A stretch of 32,655 nt of DNA from Trypethelium eluteriae (Eukaryota), in the NCBI GenBank assembly GCA_051942245.1, contig JAVECL010000253.1, positions 1 to 32,655 of the forward strand. The letters are read 5' to 3'. Under the pieces are notes generated by a model. It ran no database searches. It saw only the letters and a list, made by a program, of their open reading frames with translations, and had not been told where the DNA came from. Below are positions 22,581 through 32,655 of this stretch, one piece after another. How positions within the stretch are numbered: the first letter of the stretch is position 1; each line of letters opens with the position of its first letter. Position numbers and translations under genes: made by a program.

Positions 22581-25500
22581 TCATTCCTGCAGACTCTCAT
22601 CCCATCCTCCCTTTTCCAGAAGAAACCGCTCCACCCTACCCTTGCACTGGCCCAGGCCCTTTCCTAATGCTTCTGCCCATTGTCCTTCCACCAAAGCCAC
22701 CTTCTCTTTCAGATCAACCGTCAGCCTCGCCTCTTCGTCCTGCCTCACAGCCTTCATCTCCCGATCCACACTTGCAAAGTCTTCGCCCGCGAGATACCGC
22801 TGCATCTCCAGTAGCCTCGACCCTGCCGTCATGACTCCGGTCTTCACCTCATGCAGCAGACACAGCAGATTGATCTGGCTCTCGATAAACTGATACGCGG
22901 ACTTCTGCGCGTGTGCCAGCAGACTGTACAGATACTGCATCGGAAACTCGTGATACGACGGATTCTCCTCGTACTCCTGCGGCGGGATCTGAATCTCGAA
23001 GCCCTCCAGCCCACTCCCCGGCACCTTCTGCACCACCGCCAGCAAGCCCGGCGCAATATCCCAGAACGCACTAAGCTGGACCTCGACGCCCCTCGTGACG
23101 TTCTCCTCGACGACAGCATGGAACTCCTCGAACCGGCGCAACGTCTCCGTCGCAAACGCCACCCGCCGATCCTGCTTATCCCTCGCGAAGAAATCCTCCG
23201 CCTCCGCCACCTTCTCCGCGTTCCCCACCAGCCGATACGGCGTCACGACGACCGCGCGATACAGCTCGTCCTGCTCCGCCTGCAGCTCGAACATCTCCTT
23301 CTGCAGCACCTCGCGGCTCTCGAACAGCCACTTCAGCAGCGTCAGGCGCTCGAGCAGCTCCGGCTGCTCGTCGCCTTCCTCCTGCGTGCGCGTCGGGTTC
23401 GAGTCGCGCGCGTCGCTCTTCAGGTTGCTGCGGATCTGGTCGATGCATGCTGTTGCCTTGGTGATGCGCTCGGAGTACCACGCGTGTAGGGGCTGCATGA
23501 CGTCTGCTTTGAAGGCGGAGAAGTCGGCTTTGGTGAGCTCGGTCGTGCGTCGGTGCTGGGCGGCGTCGAAGTCGGATTCGGCGGCGGCGGCGGAGGCGAA
23601 GGACATGGTGCCGTCCTGAATTTGGGCCTGGATGTTGCGGCGCATGTCGCGGCGTTGTTTTTCTTGACGCTCTTTTTCTTGGTCGTGGCGGGAGGTGACC
23701 TTCTCTTTGTACCGCTTCTTGATTTCCTCGGCTTCTGTCAGATCGCTGAGGGATCGTTGGTTTGTACGGATGGAAGTTAGCTCTGGATGGTTGTTGTTCA
23801 CGGCAGGATAGTGTCGAGGATAGGGCGGTGGGAGGGTAACCAGCCGTGAAACGTCCAGTTTCCAAGGATCTGGAGTTGCCGGGGCAGAGTGAGCCCAGCC
23901 CTGAGTAAACGATGATGGAGAAGGCGTCACGGTTTGGTCGTGCCAGCCAGTCTTTTCGGGAGGATATTCGCCAGATTGACTGGATCCAGCGGTTTGCGTG
24001 CCACCACTTGGCAACGGTGAGTACTGCTGCTCAGCCTCCCATTGCAGGTGTTCCCGGGCCTCCCGCGGGAGTCCCATGTATTTCGACTCGCGTTTCGTCC
24101 GTTCAAGTTTCTGACTGTGGCCTGTTGAACCTTCGGCGCTAGCTTCCCACCAACGGCTTGTAGACCTCCCTCTCGAATCTTCCTCTTCCGGCGCTGTACT
24201 CATGGCCATGCTTGGAATTGGTGATAGACTGGGTTCAAAAGCGCGAACGTGTTGTTGCGAATCTCCCTTGAGTTTCGAAATTCCTTTCATACTCCCCGGA
24301 GAGTCTGGCTCCGTCCCAGGCGTATAATTAGTGAAAGAGGACGCTGGACTCGGTGCTGTTGCACTGCTATTTTCTGTATACGGTTCGGATGCCGCCGAAT
24401 AGTTTTGACCTTCAGCTGGCGGTATCGAAGAGGTGTCAATGCTTGACTGCTTTCCACTTGCCAAAGGTCGCCACATGTCCCGCGTGAGATCGATTATATC
24501 GCCAGCCATAGCATCAAACGCAGATGAATACCGATCCCTCCTCAATCGTGATTCGTTGACGACGAACTCTGCGAATAGCTCCAATCGCTCCCTGTCCGAC
24601 TGTGCAGCAGCTTCTCTTTCAGCAAACTTGCGGTGTCTTTCCAAGGAAGAAAGGACAAAGGCATTTGATGCAGGCGATGAGTCAGCTGGTGCACTTGAAC
24701 GGGAGAATTGAGCTTTGGAAGGAGTAGAGGGCGCATGTGCAAGAGCAGCATTAAGAGATGCATGCGGCGGATAGGAAGCGGTGCGGTCAGTATTTTGGCT
24801 CATCGATCCCGACAATGCCGGTGATTTAGGTCCTCTGATTGATCTGGGAGAAAGTGGCGTCCCGGTGGATCCAGACGCAGGCCCTGGTGATGCAAGGCCA
24901 GATCTTGTATCAGGCCGTGAAGTTTCTCGTACGGGCGAGAACGGAGGTATAGAAGCTGCAGGCTTTGTTGAAATAGTAAGTGGCTTCTTTCCGCCCTGCC
25001 TTGGTGTCGAACTGGAGCCTGAGGACGATCCGCTATCCCCTTGCTCCTGTTGAGATTTCGTCTTTGATTGCGAGTCCCTACTAGCCTGCCCTTTACTCGC
25101 ACTCGTTGGTGCCGATTGATCTGCTGCATGCTGTCGCTGGCTCTCATTACCCAAGCTTAGATCCGTAGGTTTTGCTGCTCTCATATCTTCCGCCCATGGA
25201 TTGTTGCTACTGCGAGGCTCTACAGCTGTTTGAGCCTCCGTCATTCTTTCTCGTGCCGCTCTGCTCTCGCTTCGCCTCTCTCGGATTCCCCTTGCACTTG
25301 TCTGCCGACGAGCTGGCGTCCTAGTCAACCCAGCACCTGTAGAAGAGGACGGATGTGCAGTTCGTGGCTCTGTTGACCGAAGTCTGGTTGACGCACCCTC
25401 CCGAACAACTGCACTTTGTGGACCTCGCGTACTTGGCGACCCGTTGCCATAGCTTGTGTCAATGTGTAGACCTCCACCGAGACTCCTTGGACTCGGCCCA

Positions 25501-26966
25501 CTCTGTTCTTCAACCCAATCGGCTGGTGTGGGTGGGATTGGAGAGAGCATGGGTGGGGCATTTACATTCGGTCTTCGAGGTGCAGGCGCGCTCACTGCGG
25601 TGGTCGAAGGATCAGATGAGGAGCCAGACCGCTCCATTCGCTCTGATACCCTACTTGTACTCTGTGAACGGGAAGTTGGGGGTGGCCCTGGGGGAGGTGG
25701 TGGCAACGGCATCCCCGGTTCCCAACCGGCAAGTCTAGTAGGGGATCTCAGCCCTGACCCATCACTCTCTGAGGGGCTGACTATGCCCAAAGTTCCAGTT
25801 GAAGCGGCTCTTCGAGCCCCGGGCGCACGCCCAGAAAGAGGCTCCACTGAAGAGGCATGGTAACCAGATTGGCTCAAAACTTCGTGACTAAATAGCTGTC
25901 AGAACAAGCAAAACAAATGAAAGCTAAATCTCGCTTACGACGTAACAATTTCAAGGTTGTTCGGTGGCCGACCTGGACCCCTCATTAAAGCATCATTCGT
26001 GTTCTGCGAAAGCGCTTCGATTGCATTTGGGGGCGCGGACTGTTCATGTTGGCGGCTGCGACCCGTTAATGCAGACAACAAACGAGAGCTTCCAGACCGT
26101 GAAGCGGAATGATCCCTCTGCCCTGCTCTGGGGGGTGGAGGTGGAAAAGCGGGTCCAGATGAAGGGACAGGCGAGTTGTGAACACTGGAAGATGCTTGGT
26201 ACGATGGCGCACTTATGGGATAATTGCTTGGTGAATGCCTCTGCAAAGAGGCCACCGAGTTGCCTGAGCCGTATTGCCCATCTGCCCGCGGCACAGACGG
26301 ATCTTGAGGGAAAGCTCCGATCCCAACTTGCGGAGTAGTGTGTGCACTATGTGTTACAGTGTTTGTGGGATTTGGCGAATATGGTGGAGGGGGAGATGGT
26401 AGTAATGCTAGAAGAGTCATTTATCAGCAATCCATTACCTCGAAAACTTGTAGAAATGGGCAGACATAAGATGCGTCCGTGAATCAACATCCCCAATGAG
26501 TGTGCGACTACGGAATCAGAGCGATAATCGTACCTTCGTTCCCAGAAGCATCCCGAAGCCCATGACCCGCCGCACCAACTCGAGATGAAGGAGTATAAGA
26601 CGCGTAGCCTCTTCCCACAGCTGAGCCGTCACGTTGCCATTCTTGAGGGTTGTACGGCACCATGGGAGACTGTCCTCGCCGAGTCGCCATCGGAGGTGCC
26701 AGCCGTGAAGCTGGGGACGACAACGACGATGTATTCGACGTATTTGACCCCTCCCACGGTGAGAATGAAGGACTCAGAGCGGTGCGAGGGGTCGAAGGAG
26801 TTTGTGTGAACCCATAGGCGTGTCCCAAATGCTGTGAATCGCTGAACTCCGTGTTGATCGTAGGAGGCTGCAGCATGCGGCGACGCGAGGGCCCGTCCTG
26901 TGCGTGCTGTGTCGCAGGGAAGGGGGTTTGGCCTGGGGGAGAACTGGGCCCATATCTGGGATCCAT
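22581..26966 (-). CDS. Large uncharacterised protein, ~1402 aa; disordered Pro/Ser-rich N-half, helical C-terminal region; exons 26966-26534, 26407-25939, 25887-22581
   Basis: Introns 26533-26408 (GTACGA...CTGAT...TAG) and 25938-25888 (GTAAGC...CTGAC...TAG) join three ORFs in frame (4209 nt). Structured-looking blocks RLELFAEFVVNESRLRRDRY, LDVSRLVTLPPPYPRHYPAVNNNHP, QLSAFWDIAP. Confidence 0.85.
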
Positions 26967-27919
26967 CTTGGAGAAGCGCGACTGGCTGATGCCGCTCAGC
27001 GCTTAAGTGAAGCTATGCCATCGAGCCCGTCCGCTTGGGAATGATCCAGACTCGCGCTTCGCACAGACAAGATTGGCCTTCCGTGCCACTTAATAAGATA
27101 CAATCGAGACCCAATTCTTACAGGATGAGGAGACAACTTACTACCAAGCAGCCGCAAAAGCCTCAGACCAAAAAGCAAGAGTAAGAGCGGAGGAGAGTTG
27201 GGAGAGGTCATAGGCCGGGCGATTCAATAGCGGAGCCCACCATACACGAAGGAGTAACTTCAATTGGCTAAGTGCTGTGACGCTCCTGCAGGCTGGGGTC
27301 ACAATTCTGGCCGTCCACCCGCCCCTGTTCTATTGATGAAAGCACTCCTGCTCCAGCCTTTCCTAAAGAGCTCAAGTGCCCGTATGTGTGAAGTCGATTA
27401 CTCTTGTCGTCAGCAAATCAGCGGGTATGACCGAGGCCGCCGCACAATGTAGAAAAGCCACTTCAGCGCTACTAGTTGGCTCCGTGCACAGAGACCACAG
27501 ACCCTGAGACGTTAAGGATCTTCGACGCACCGTTATTTGGCATGGGTACGGAGTACAGACCTGCATCGTGAAAGATTCTCCCGAGCTTTTCAACGACTAG
27601 GATATGACAGCGACAAACTCCATGGGTCTGCCCGGCCGATCTAATCGGCAATGTGGATTCTTCCTGGGGGCATTTCAGTCACGGTGCACATTGCGTCTGT
27701 GATGCCTGCTTGTTATAAAAATAGATACCTTACGGAAGACTCCGCAGGTGCAGCATGGACAACAAAATCAGTCATACACCAACATGCAGCTGCGACTCTC
27801 GGGATTCAATGGTCCGTTCATTCTACCTGAGAGCCAGCTCTGTGCCTCCACGAACGAACCCCCAAAATCTTCACTCAATTTGGACTTGCATACATACAGA
27901 CAATCTCTGGGCTGCTGCA

Positions 27920-29136
27920 TCATTGGCCATGCTTCTTGTGGATATCAATTACCTTCTGTACCTCCTCATAACTTCCCAAGAAGATGCCTGATCTGTCATG
28001 AATATGTTCTGGCACAACCTCCAGCATGCGTGTCATCTTACTATTTACTGCTTGGCCTCCGGCTGCATTTTTAAATTAGATCTCACTTCGCCAAAAATCC
28101 GAGGAGACTTACCATTCTCAAATACCATGGCCATTGGTGCACATTCATAGAGAATGCGCAGCTTACCTTTCGGACTTTTCTTGTCTGCCGGATAAGCAAA
28201 GATACCCCCATAGAGTAACGTTCGATAGGCATCAGCTACCATGGACCCAATATACCTGGAACTGTAGGGCTTGCCACCCTCTTCCTGAGGGTATTTGAGA
28301 CTGTCGATCCATGCCTTTACTGGCTCATCCCAATATAGACTGTTGCCCTCGTTGCACGAGTATATCGCTCTCTTCTTTGGCATTATCATGTTTGGATGTG
28401 TCAGAATGAATTCTCCGACGCCATTGTCCATTGTGAAGCCATTCACGGTACCTCCTTTCATGGTGATCACAAGCTGAGCGGAAGCGCCATACATTGTAAA
28501 GCCCGAGGCCACGAGATCTGTACCTGGTTTGAGTAAGTCTTCCTTTGTACCCTTGGCTCCCTCTGCCAATTTGTAGATTCCAAAGATGGTTCCGACCGAG
28601 ACACCGGCATCCAGGTTGGAAGATCCATCTATAGGGTCGCACACAACCGCATATCTTGCATGAGGATTTTCATGAAATACGAGAGCCTCCTCTTCTTCTT
28701 CTGAGACCAGTATCCGAACACGTCCCGAGCTTCTCATCGAGCTGACAAAGAGGTCATTGCCAATGACATCAAGCTTTTTCTGATCGTCGCCTGTTGTGTT
28801 TGAGGATCCTGCAAGACCAGAAAGCTTAAGGAGTGGGTCAGCCATTTGATCGAAAAGGGCCTGGCTGACAGTGCACAAACATTGATTAAAGATGCTCGTC
28901 GAATGTAGTATGCGATGCTTTTGAAAGAGAATTGTAGAGCATGGCACAAAAGTCTGCAATTGATGGTCAGCATTGCGATCGTATGCAAGAGCGGCCAATA
29001 CAGACGTAAAATCCCCTGTTGCCTCCTTGTGTTTTGCTTGCTCTTCAGTGAGAAACCTGGTCAGGGTGACAATTTCTGTGTTGATTCTCTCAGCACCAGC
29101 TGGTCCAGGCTCTCCATTCGAGCCGTTAGTAGCCAT
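27920..29136 (-). CDS. FBP1: Fructose-1,6-bisphosphatase class 1; exons 29136-29006, 28953-28881, 28824-28113, 28062-27920; 352 aa
   Basis: NTTGDDQKKLDV, VSEE, DPIDGSSNLD, RYIGSMVAD, GKLRILYECAPMA. Three introns of 52, 56 and 50 nt with branch sites. Confidence 0.97.
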
Positions 29137-29469
29137 GTTGAGTCAGGATCGGCTGCGGCACAATGGTGTTGGAGAACTGAATGATCAAAAGAGAAAGTGG
29201 AGAAGAACTTTGGGAGGTCAATTGATGACTTCACAGGGAAAAAAATCACTTGACCTCGGATATGCAGACTGGTCACTAAGTCAACGGGGGCGCAAGAGTG
29301 GAAGCTGTATAAGCTACGGTCTACGATGAATAGAAGGAGAAATGAGCAAGAGCGACTCGCGTATTCCGAGGTCCGCTGAAACTGCCGGTAACAACACAAT
29401 AACGGCATTCACCCACGACGAAGTCCCCAAGGTAGGCACCTTTGCATGGAGGGGCAGCTTAGCTTCTAG

Positions 29470-29537
29470 GCGGGGAAAGGTACCCCGAGATGTTCCGCGC
29501 ACTGGCATGCCTTCTGGTTGATATCGGAGGAGGACGG
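29470..29537. promoter_or_regulatory. FBP1 upstream element: two CCG-N7-CCG (AcuK/AcuM-type) sites plus a CreA-type SYGGRG site
   Basis: CCGAGATGTTCCG 29485-29497; CGGAGGAGGACGG 29525-29537 (opposite orientation); GCGGGG 29470-29475; 330-400 bp upstream of the FBP1 ATG. Confidence 0.65.
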
Positions 29538-29903
29538 AGCATTGGCAAATAATGTGCGTCTATATGCTGAGGCCGGAATTCTGACAACAAAAGGCCTGAA
29601 TACATCCTAGGCGGGAATCCTATAGGTAGAGCAGACCTGTTGACATAATCTCGTCGGTGTAAGGAGGAAGGAAGCCAATGTGCGGTAAGATTCGTTAGAT
29701 TAATCAGCGAAATCATTCGCAGCCGCACTATGCCGTTTGAGCTCTAGAGCTACGACGTTACCTCAGAGTCCTCACACCAGGACATCGAAAATTCCTTTCC
29801 CGCGACAACTCTGCATCGAAAGGATGTGAAAGCAGTCTTTACACGCAGCACTGGCTGCTGCGTCTCATTCACTACAAGGTCAGTTGCTTTCATCTTTGAT
29901 CGT

Positions 29904-29991
29904 TATCTATTTGATGATTTGTCGAACCATAAACTAGAGTCTTTGACTCCAAGGAGAATGAAACCTTACACGCACGTCAGTCTGATCGATA
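29904..29991 (+). ncRNA. snR78: Box C/D snoRNA, snR78 homolog also carrying the snR72 guide (alternative 3' end at ~30020)
   Basis: C box TTGATGA 29911-29917. Guide AAACTAGAGTC 29931-29941 + D' TTGA (25S GACUCUAGUUU, U2421-equivalent at D+5). Guide GCACGTCAG 29972-29980 + D CTGA 29982-29985 (25S CUGACGUGC, A876-equivalent at D+5). Confidence 0.85.
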
Positions 29992-30146
29992 CATTATGAC
30001 CCATACATATCTGAGAGATATCTTTTTCGAGTCTGACTGATGTCTTGCAGAGAATTCGAAAGACACGACTGATCTGGCCCTCCGTTCAAGTAACCGTATG
30101 TGACATTACTGTAAGTTACAAAGATATCCTAGCATCGATACCTGAG

Positions 30147-30238
30147 TTGAAGGATGATCATTCGTACACTGTACGCTGGAAATTACCGACCGAGACCTTG
30201 GGGTCGTTGGCGACAACTATTGGCTATTTCTGATTCAA
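30147..30238 (+). ncRNA. snR77: Box C/D snoRNA, snR77 homolog (18S U578-equivalent)
   Basis: C-like AGGATGA 30151-30157; guide GCTGGAAATTACCG + D' CCGA 30190-30193, complementary with one bulge to 18S CGGUAAUUCCAGC; D CTGA 30230-30233; TTGAA/TTCAA ends. Confidence 0.8.
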
Positions 30239-30375
30239 AGCTCCTTTTTTTTCTTTCTTTCTGAACGGTCGGTAACACCGGATATGTGCTAATATCTTCC
30301 AAGGCAAGGTTCGCCGGTATGGCCACTTCCGCCAATCAGTCTCTGTATGTCGACCTTCTAATACCTTGCGATCTA

Positions 30376-30465
30376 CTCAATGATGAAGCGGCACTGGGCT
30401 CCGAAGTTTGAATGAGCAGACACGCCCTTTTGTGACAGGCCTAGAAAACCTGGTCTACTGAACGA
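30376..30465 (+). ncRNA. snR76: Box C/D snoRNA, snR76 homolog (25S C2197-equivalent); 3' end uncertain
   Basis: C box ATGATGA 30380-30386; guide GCACTGGGC 30391-30399 + D' CCGA 30401-30404, complementary to 25S GCCCAGUGC; D CTGA 30458-30461. Confidence 0.8.
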
Positions 30466-30660
30466 AAGCTTTGATGCATTATGGATCCGTCACCTAAGTG
30501 AGCGAGGCTTATTTTCCTTCACTGTGGTCCAGTGAGCAGATACTGCCTTTGCCTTCTCCTCCCTATGCACGGTGATGCCGACCCAGTTGCTTTCGTCAAC
30601 TCCTCAGATTTGGGCTGGTATGTGTCTACCATTCTCTTTGCCTTCCTCTCCTTCCCTGCA

Positions 30661-30749
30661 ATTTTGTGATGAACTCTAGATGACGAGTCTTATTCGAGCA
30701 CCTCGATGCAGACACCAATAATTATTACCATTCATGCATTTCTGAATCG
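30661..30749 (+). ncRNA. snR75: Box C/D snoRNA, snR75 homolog (25S G2288-equivalent)
   Basis: C box GTGATGA 30666-30672; TAGATGACGAG 30677-30687 and CCATTCATGCATTT 30728-30741 pair with 25S AAAUGCCUCGUCAUCUA...GCAUGAAUGG; D CTGA 30742-30745. Confidence 0.88.
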
Positions 30750-30884
30750 CACTCTTCTTTCAACGACAGCGCTTCTTTGTGAGTGACAATAACTGACCAC
30801 AAGCAGCAAAGAGGATCATGGAGTCGAAATACCCAATAACGAACCAAATCTGTACGTATCTAGCACGATCAGAGCTCGATGTGG

Positions 30885-30974
30885 ATGTTAGGATGAGCCT
30901 AGAAAAAAATGACAAGCATATGTCCGAGTCGCCAACAGGCTTCCAAGACGAGAAAATTCTACAATCTGAACCTC
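30885..30974 (+). ncRNA. snR74: Box C/D snoRNA, snR74 homolog (18S A28)
   Basis: C-like AGGATGA 30890-30896; guide GACAAGCATATG 30911-30922 + D' CCGA 30924-30927, 12-nt complement of 18S CAUAUGCUUGUC, D+5 = A28; D CTGA 30966-30969. Confidence 0.88.
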
Positions 30975-31125
30975 AAATTCACAACTCGAAGTGATCCACC
31001 GGCTTTCGTACTCAGACTTACCAAAAACAGGCTGTACTACGACGAGCTGTGGAAAGTCCTTTGGGGCATTACCGGAAGACGTATGTGGTGAGAAGATATT
31101 TCTTACTTGACATTGTTGCAGCTTA

Positions 31126-31219
31126 TGCTATGATGATCTTTTCATATTCTCACGACGGTCGACATAGCTAGATACTAGCATTGATGAGAATGCCCGTGAC
31201 AGGGCTTGAATCTGATCTT
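31126..31219 (+). ncRNA. snR73: Box C/D snoRNA, snR73 homolog (25S C2959-equivalent)
   Basis: C box ATGATGA 31130-31136; guide TCTCACGACGGTC 31148-31160, 13-nt complement of 25S GACCGUCGUGAGA; non-canonical D'; C' TTGATGA 31181-31187; D CTGA 31212-31215. Confidence 0.88.
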
Positions 31220-31426
31220 TCCATTTGCTCTCCTTACTTCCTAGGAACTTCGAGACGATCCTCAGAAAAGGCTAACGGACAAACATAGGCACACAAGCAA
31301 GAGAGACCTAATTGCCACTTCATAGGATAGCGAACCTCCAGACCAACGCCGATGCTCACTGCAACACATCATACAATTCAAAACTGACCCCCAGGTCAGA
31401 CTCCGTAATGAAAATCTAGGGACATT

Positions 31427-32261
31427 TCAGTTCAAGCAGATGCTCAAGAATTCGTCTCGATCTATGGCGCCATCACCATCCATATCAAATTCATCAATCA
31501 TGGCTCTCAATTCCTCTTCCTGCAATCCTTCGCCCAGTTCTCTCGCCACTCGCCTGAGATCCTGATGTGTGATTTTGCCCTTCCCACCCTCATCGAACAG
31601 CTCAAAGGCTCGTAAGACCTCATCCCGGGGATCCCTCGCAAGTATTCGCGATGCCATGAGCGTTTCGAATGACTCCTGAGGAAGCAGCAGTCGCGTCGTT
31701 GTGCCGGCGAATGCAGCTGACGAGCCAGCAGCCGCCTTCCCAGCTGCTTTGCTGTTGTTCGCGGATATGCCGTGGGTTTGGAGTATGGACAGGATTTCGG
31801 ATTTGGGCAGGTCAAAGCCAAGGGCTTTCATTGCGACTTTGAGTTCGTGGTAGTCGATGTGTTTGTCCCTGTCAAGGTCGAACAGGCCGAACTTTGCATG
31901 TCATTAGCATATGTATTTCTCTCAGCGCTGGAAGCGCACTCATCGCAGATAACAAAAGTTGAATGATGTAGACAAAACACAATCAAAACCTTACAGCTTG
32001 TTCGATTTCCTCCCTCTGCTCCTCGCTCAATTCCTCCCACTGCCCCCTTCCTTCCCGCTCCATTCGCTCGCGTTCTGCGCGCTCTGCCCGTTCGCGATCG
32101 AGGCGCTGAGCTTCTCGATGTTGCTGCGTCGCGGCGGGAGCCCCAAAAGCGAGTGTTCCTCTATTTACGTTGTGTGCAGCGCCTGTGGAAGCCCCGCTGG
32201 CTCCGCCGGCGCCGGTCCGTCCAAAGCCAGAGGTGTAGGGCCGCGAGGTGGATGTGGCCAT
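31427..32261 (-). CDS. CDC31: Centrin (EF-hand, spindle pole body duplication); exons 32261-31995 and 31891-31427; 243 aa
   Basis: LSEEQREEIEQA/FGLFDLDRDKHIDYHELKVAMKALGFD, RAFELFD, MIDEFDMDGDGAIDRDEF. Intron 31994-31892 (GTAAGG...CTAAT...AAG). Confidence 0.95.
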
Positions 32262-32655
32262 GTGCAATTCGAACTTGTAGAGCCTCCTTTACAGCGTCTT
32301 GTGGTGCTTGTTGAACTTGAATGTATCGCAAGTTGCCGGAAGAGGTCGGTGCTTTGTTGATGTGAGGGTGCAGTGTAGAGGTGAGTTAATTTTAGACTAC
32401 GAATGCGTTCAGCGAGTTCCAAAAGGAATGGTCCACAATTGATGGAATATTGTTACATACACGAGAAAAGCTAGGTAGTATGCTCACTGAGAAGCGGTTC
32501 AAAAGCTAACATAGCACGCGGGTGCCAAAAAAACTGATACACGAAAATCTCCCCGCACCATAGAAATTTCACCACATCATAGCTCCCCACCTAAATTACT
32601 ATGGCAGAGAATGCACGCACACAAGCTCTAGGGGAACCTGATTTCACATTACCTA

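Larger units (their letters stand above)
29879..31288 (+). ncRNA. Non-coding snoRNA host gene with six snoRNA-bearing introns (transcript ends unknown)
   Basis: Approximate introns: 29879-30050 (GTCAGT..CTGAC..CAG), 30111-30303 (GTAAGT..CTAAT..AAG), ~30309-30607, 30618-30806 (GTATGT..CTGAC..CAG), 30852-31030 (GTACGT..CTTAC..CAG), 31081-31288 (GTATGT..CTAAC..TAG). Exons 5-60 nt with no credible ORF. Confidence 0.8.

Noticed and set aside
22851..23865. Overlapping 170-230 aa ORFs
   Set aside because: Products of high GC3 within the real gene.
28045..29136. FBP1 as a single 363-aa ORF
   Set aside because: The ORF reads through two introns whose lengths sum to a multiple of 3 and mistranslates exon 2; the true C-terminus needs a third intron.

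Overview
Eukaryotic, filamentous-ascomycete (Pezizomycotina-type) genomic DNA with short spliceosomal introns. The conserved backbone comprises the 3' end of an acidic-tailed gene, a Pcl1/2-type Pho85 cyclin, NCS6/CTU1, PAB1, a ~1400-aa uncharacterised protein, FBP1 and centrin CDC31. Two less obvious systems are present. (1) The ORF-poor gap between FBP1 and CDC31 (~29.88-31.29 kb, + strand) holds a non-coding multi-intron host gene. Its six introns each carry a box C/D snoRNA (snR78, 77, 76, 75, 74, 73 order). The first snoRNA also carries the snR72 guide and has two in-register D boxes. (2) An ~11-kb accessory block between NCS6 and PAB1 contains a small SET-domain gene, a HeLo-like/kinase-like gene split by a 248-bp solo LTR with a perfect 5-bp TSD, a divergent C2H2-NACHT-ankyrin NLR with 99-bp repeats, and a BTB pseudogene. 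rRNA target numbers are S. cerevisiae positions recalled from memory; no database searches were run.
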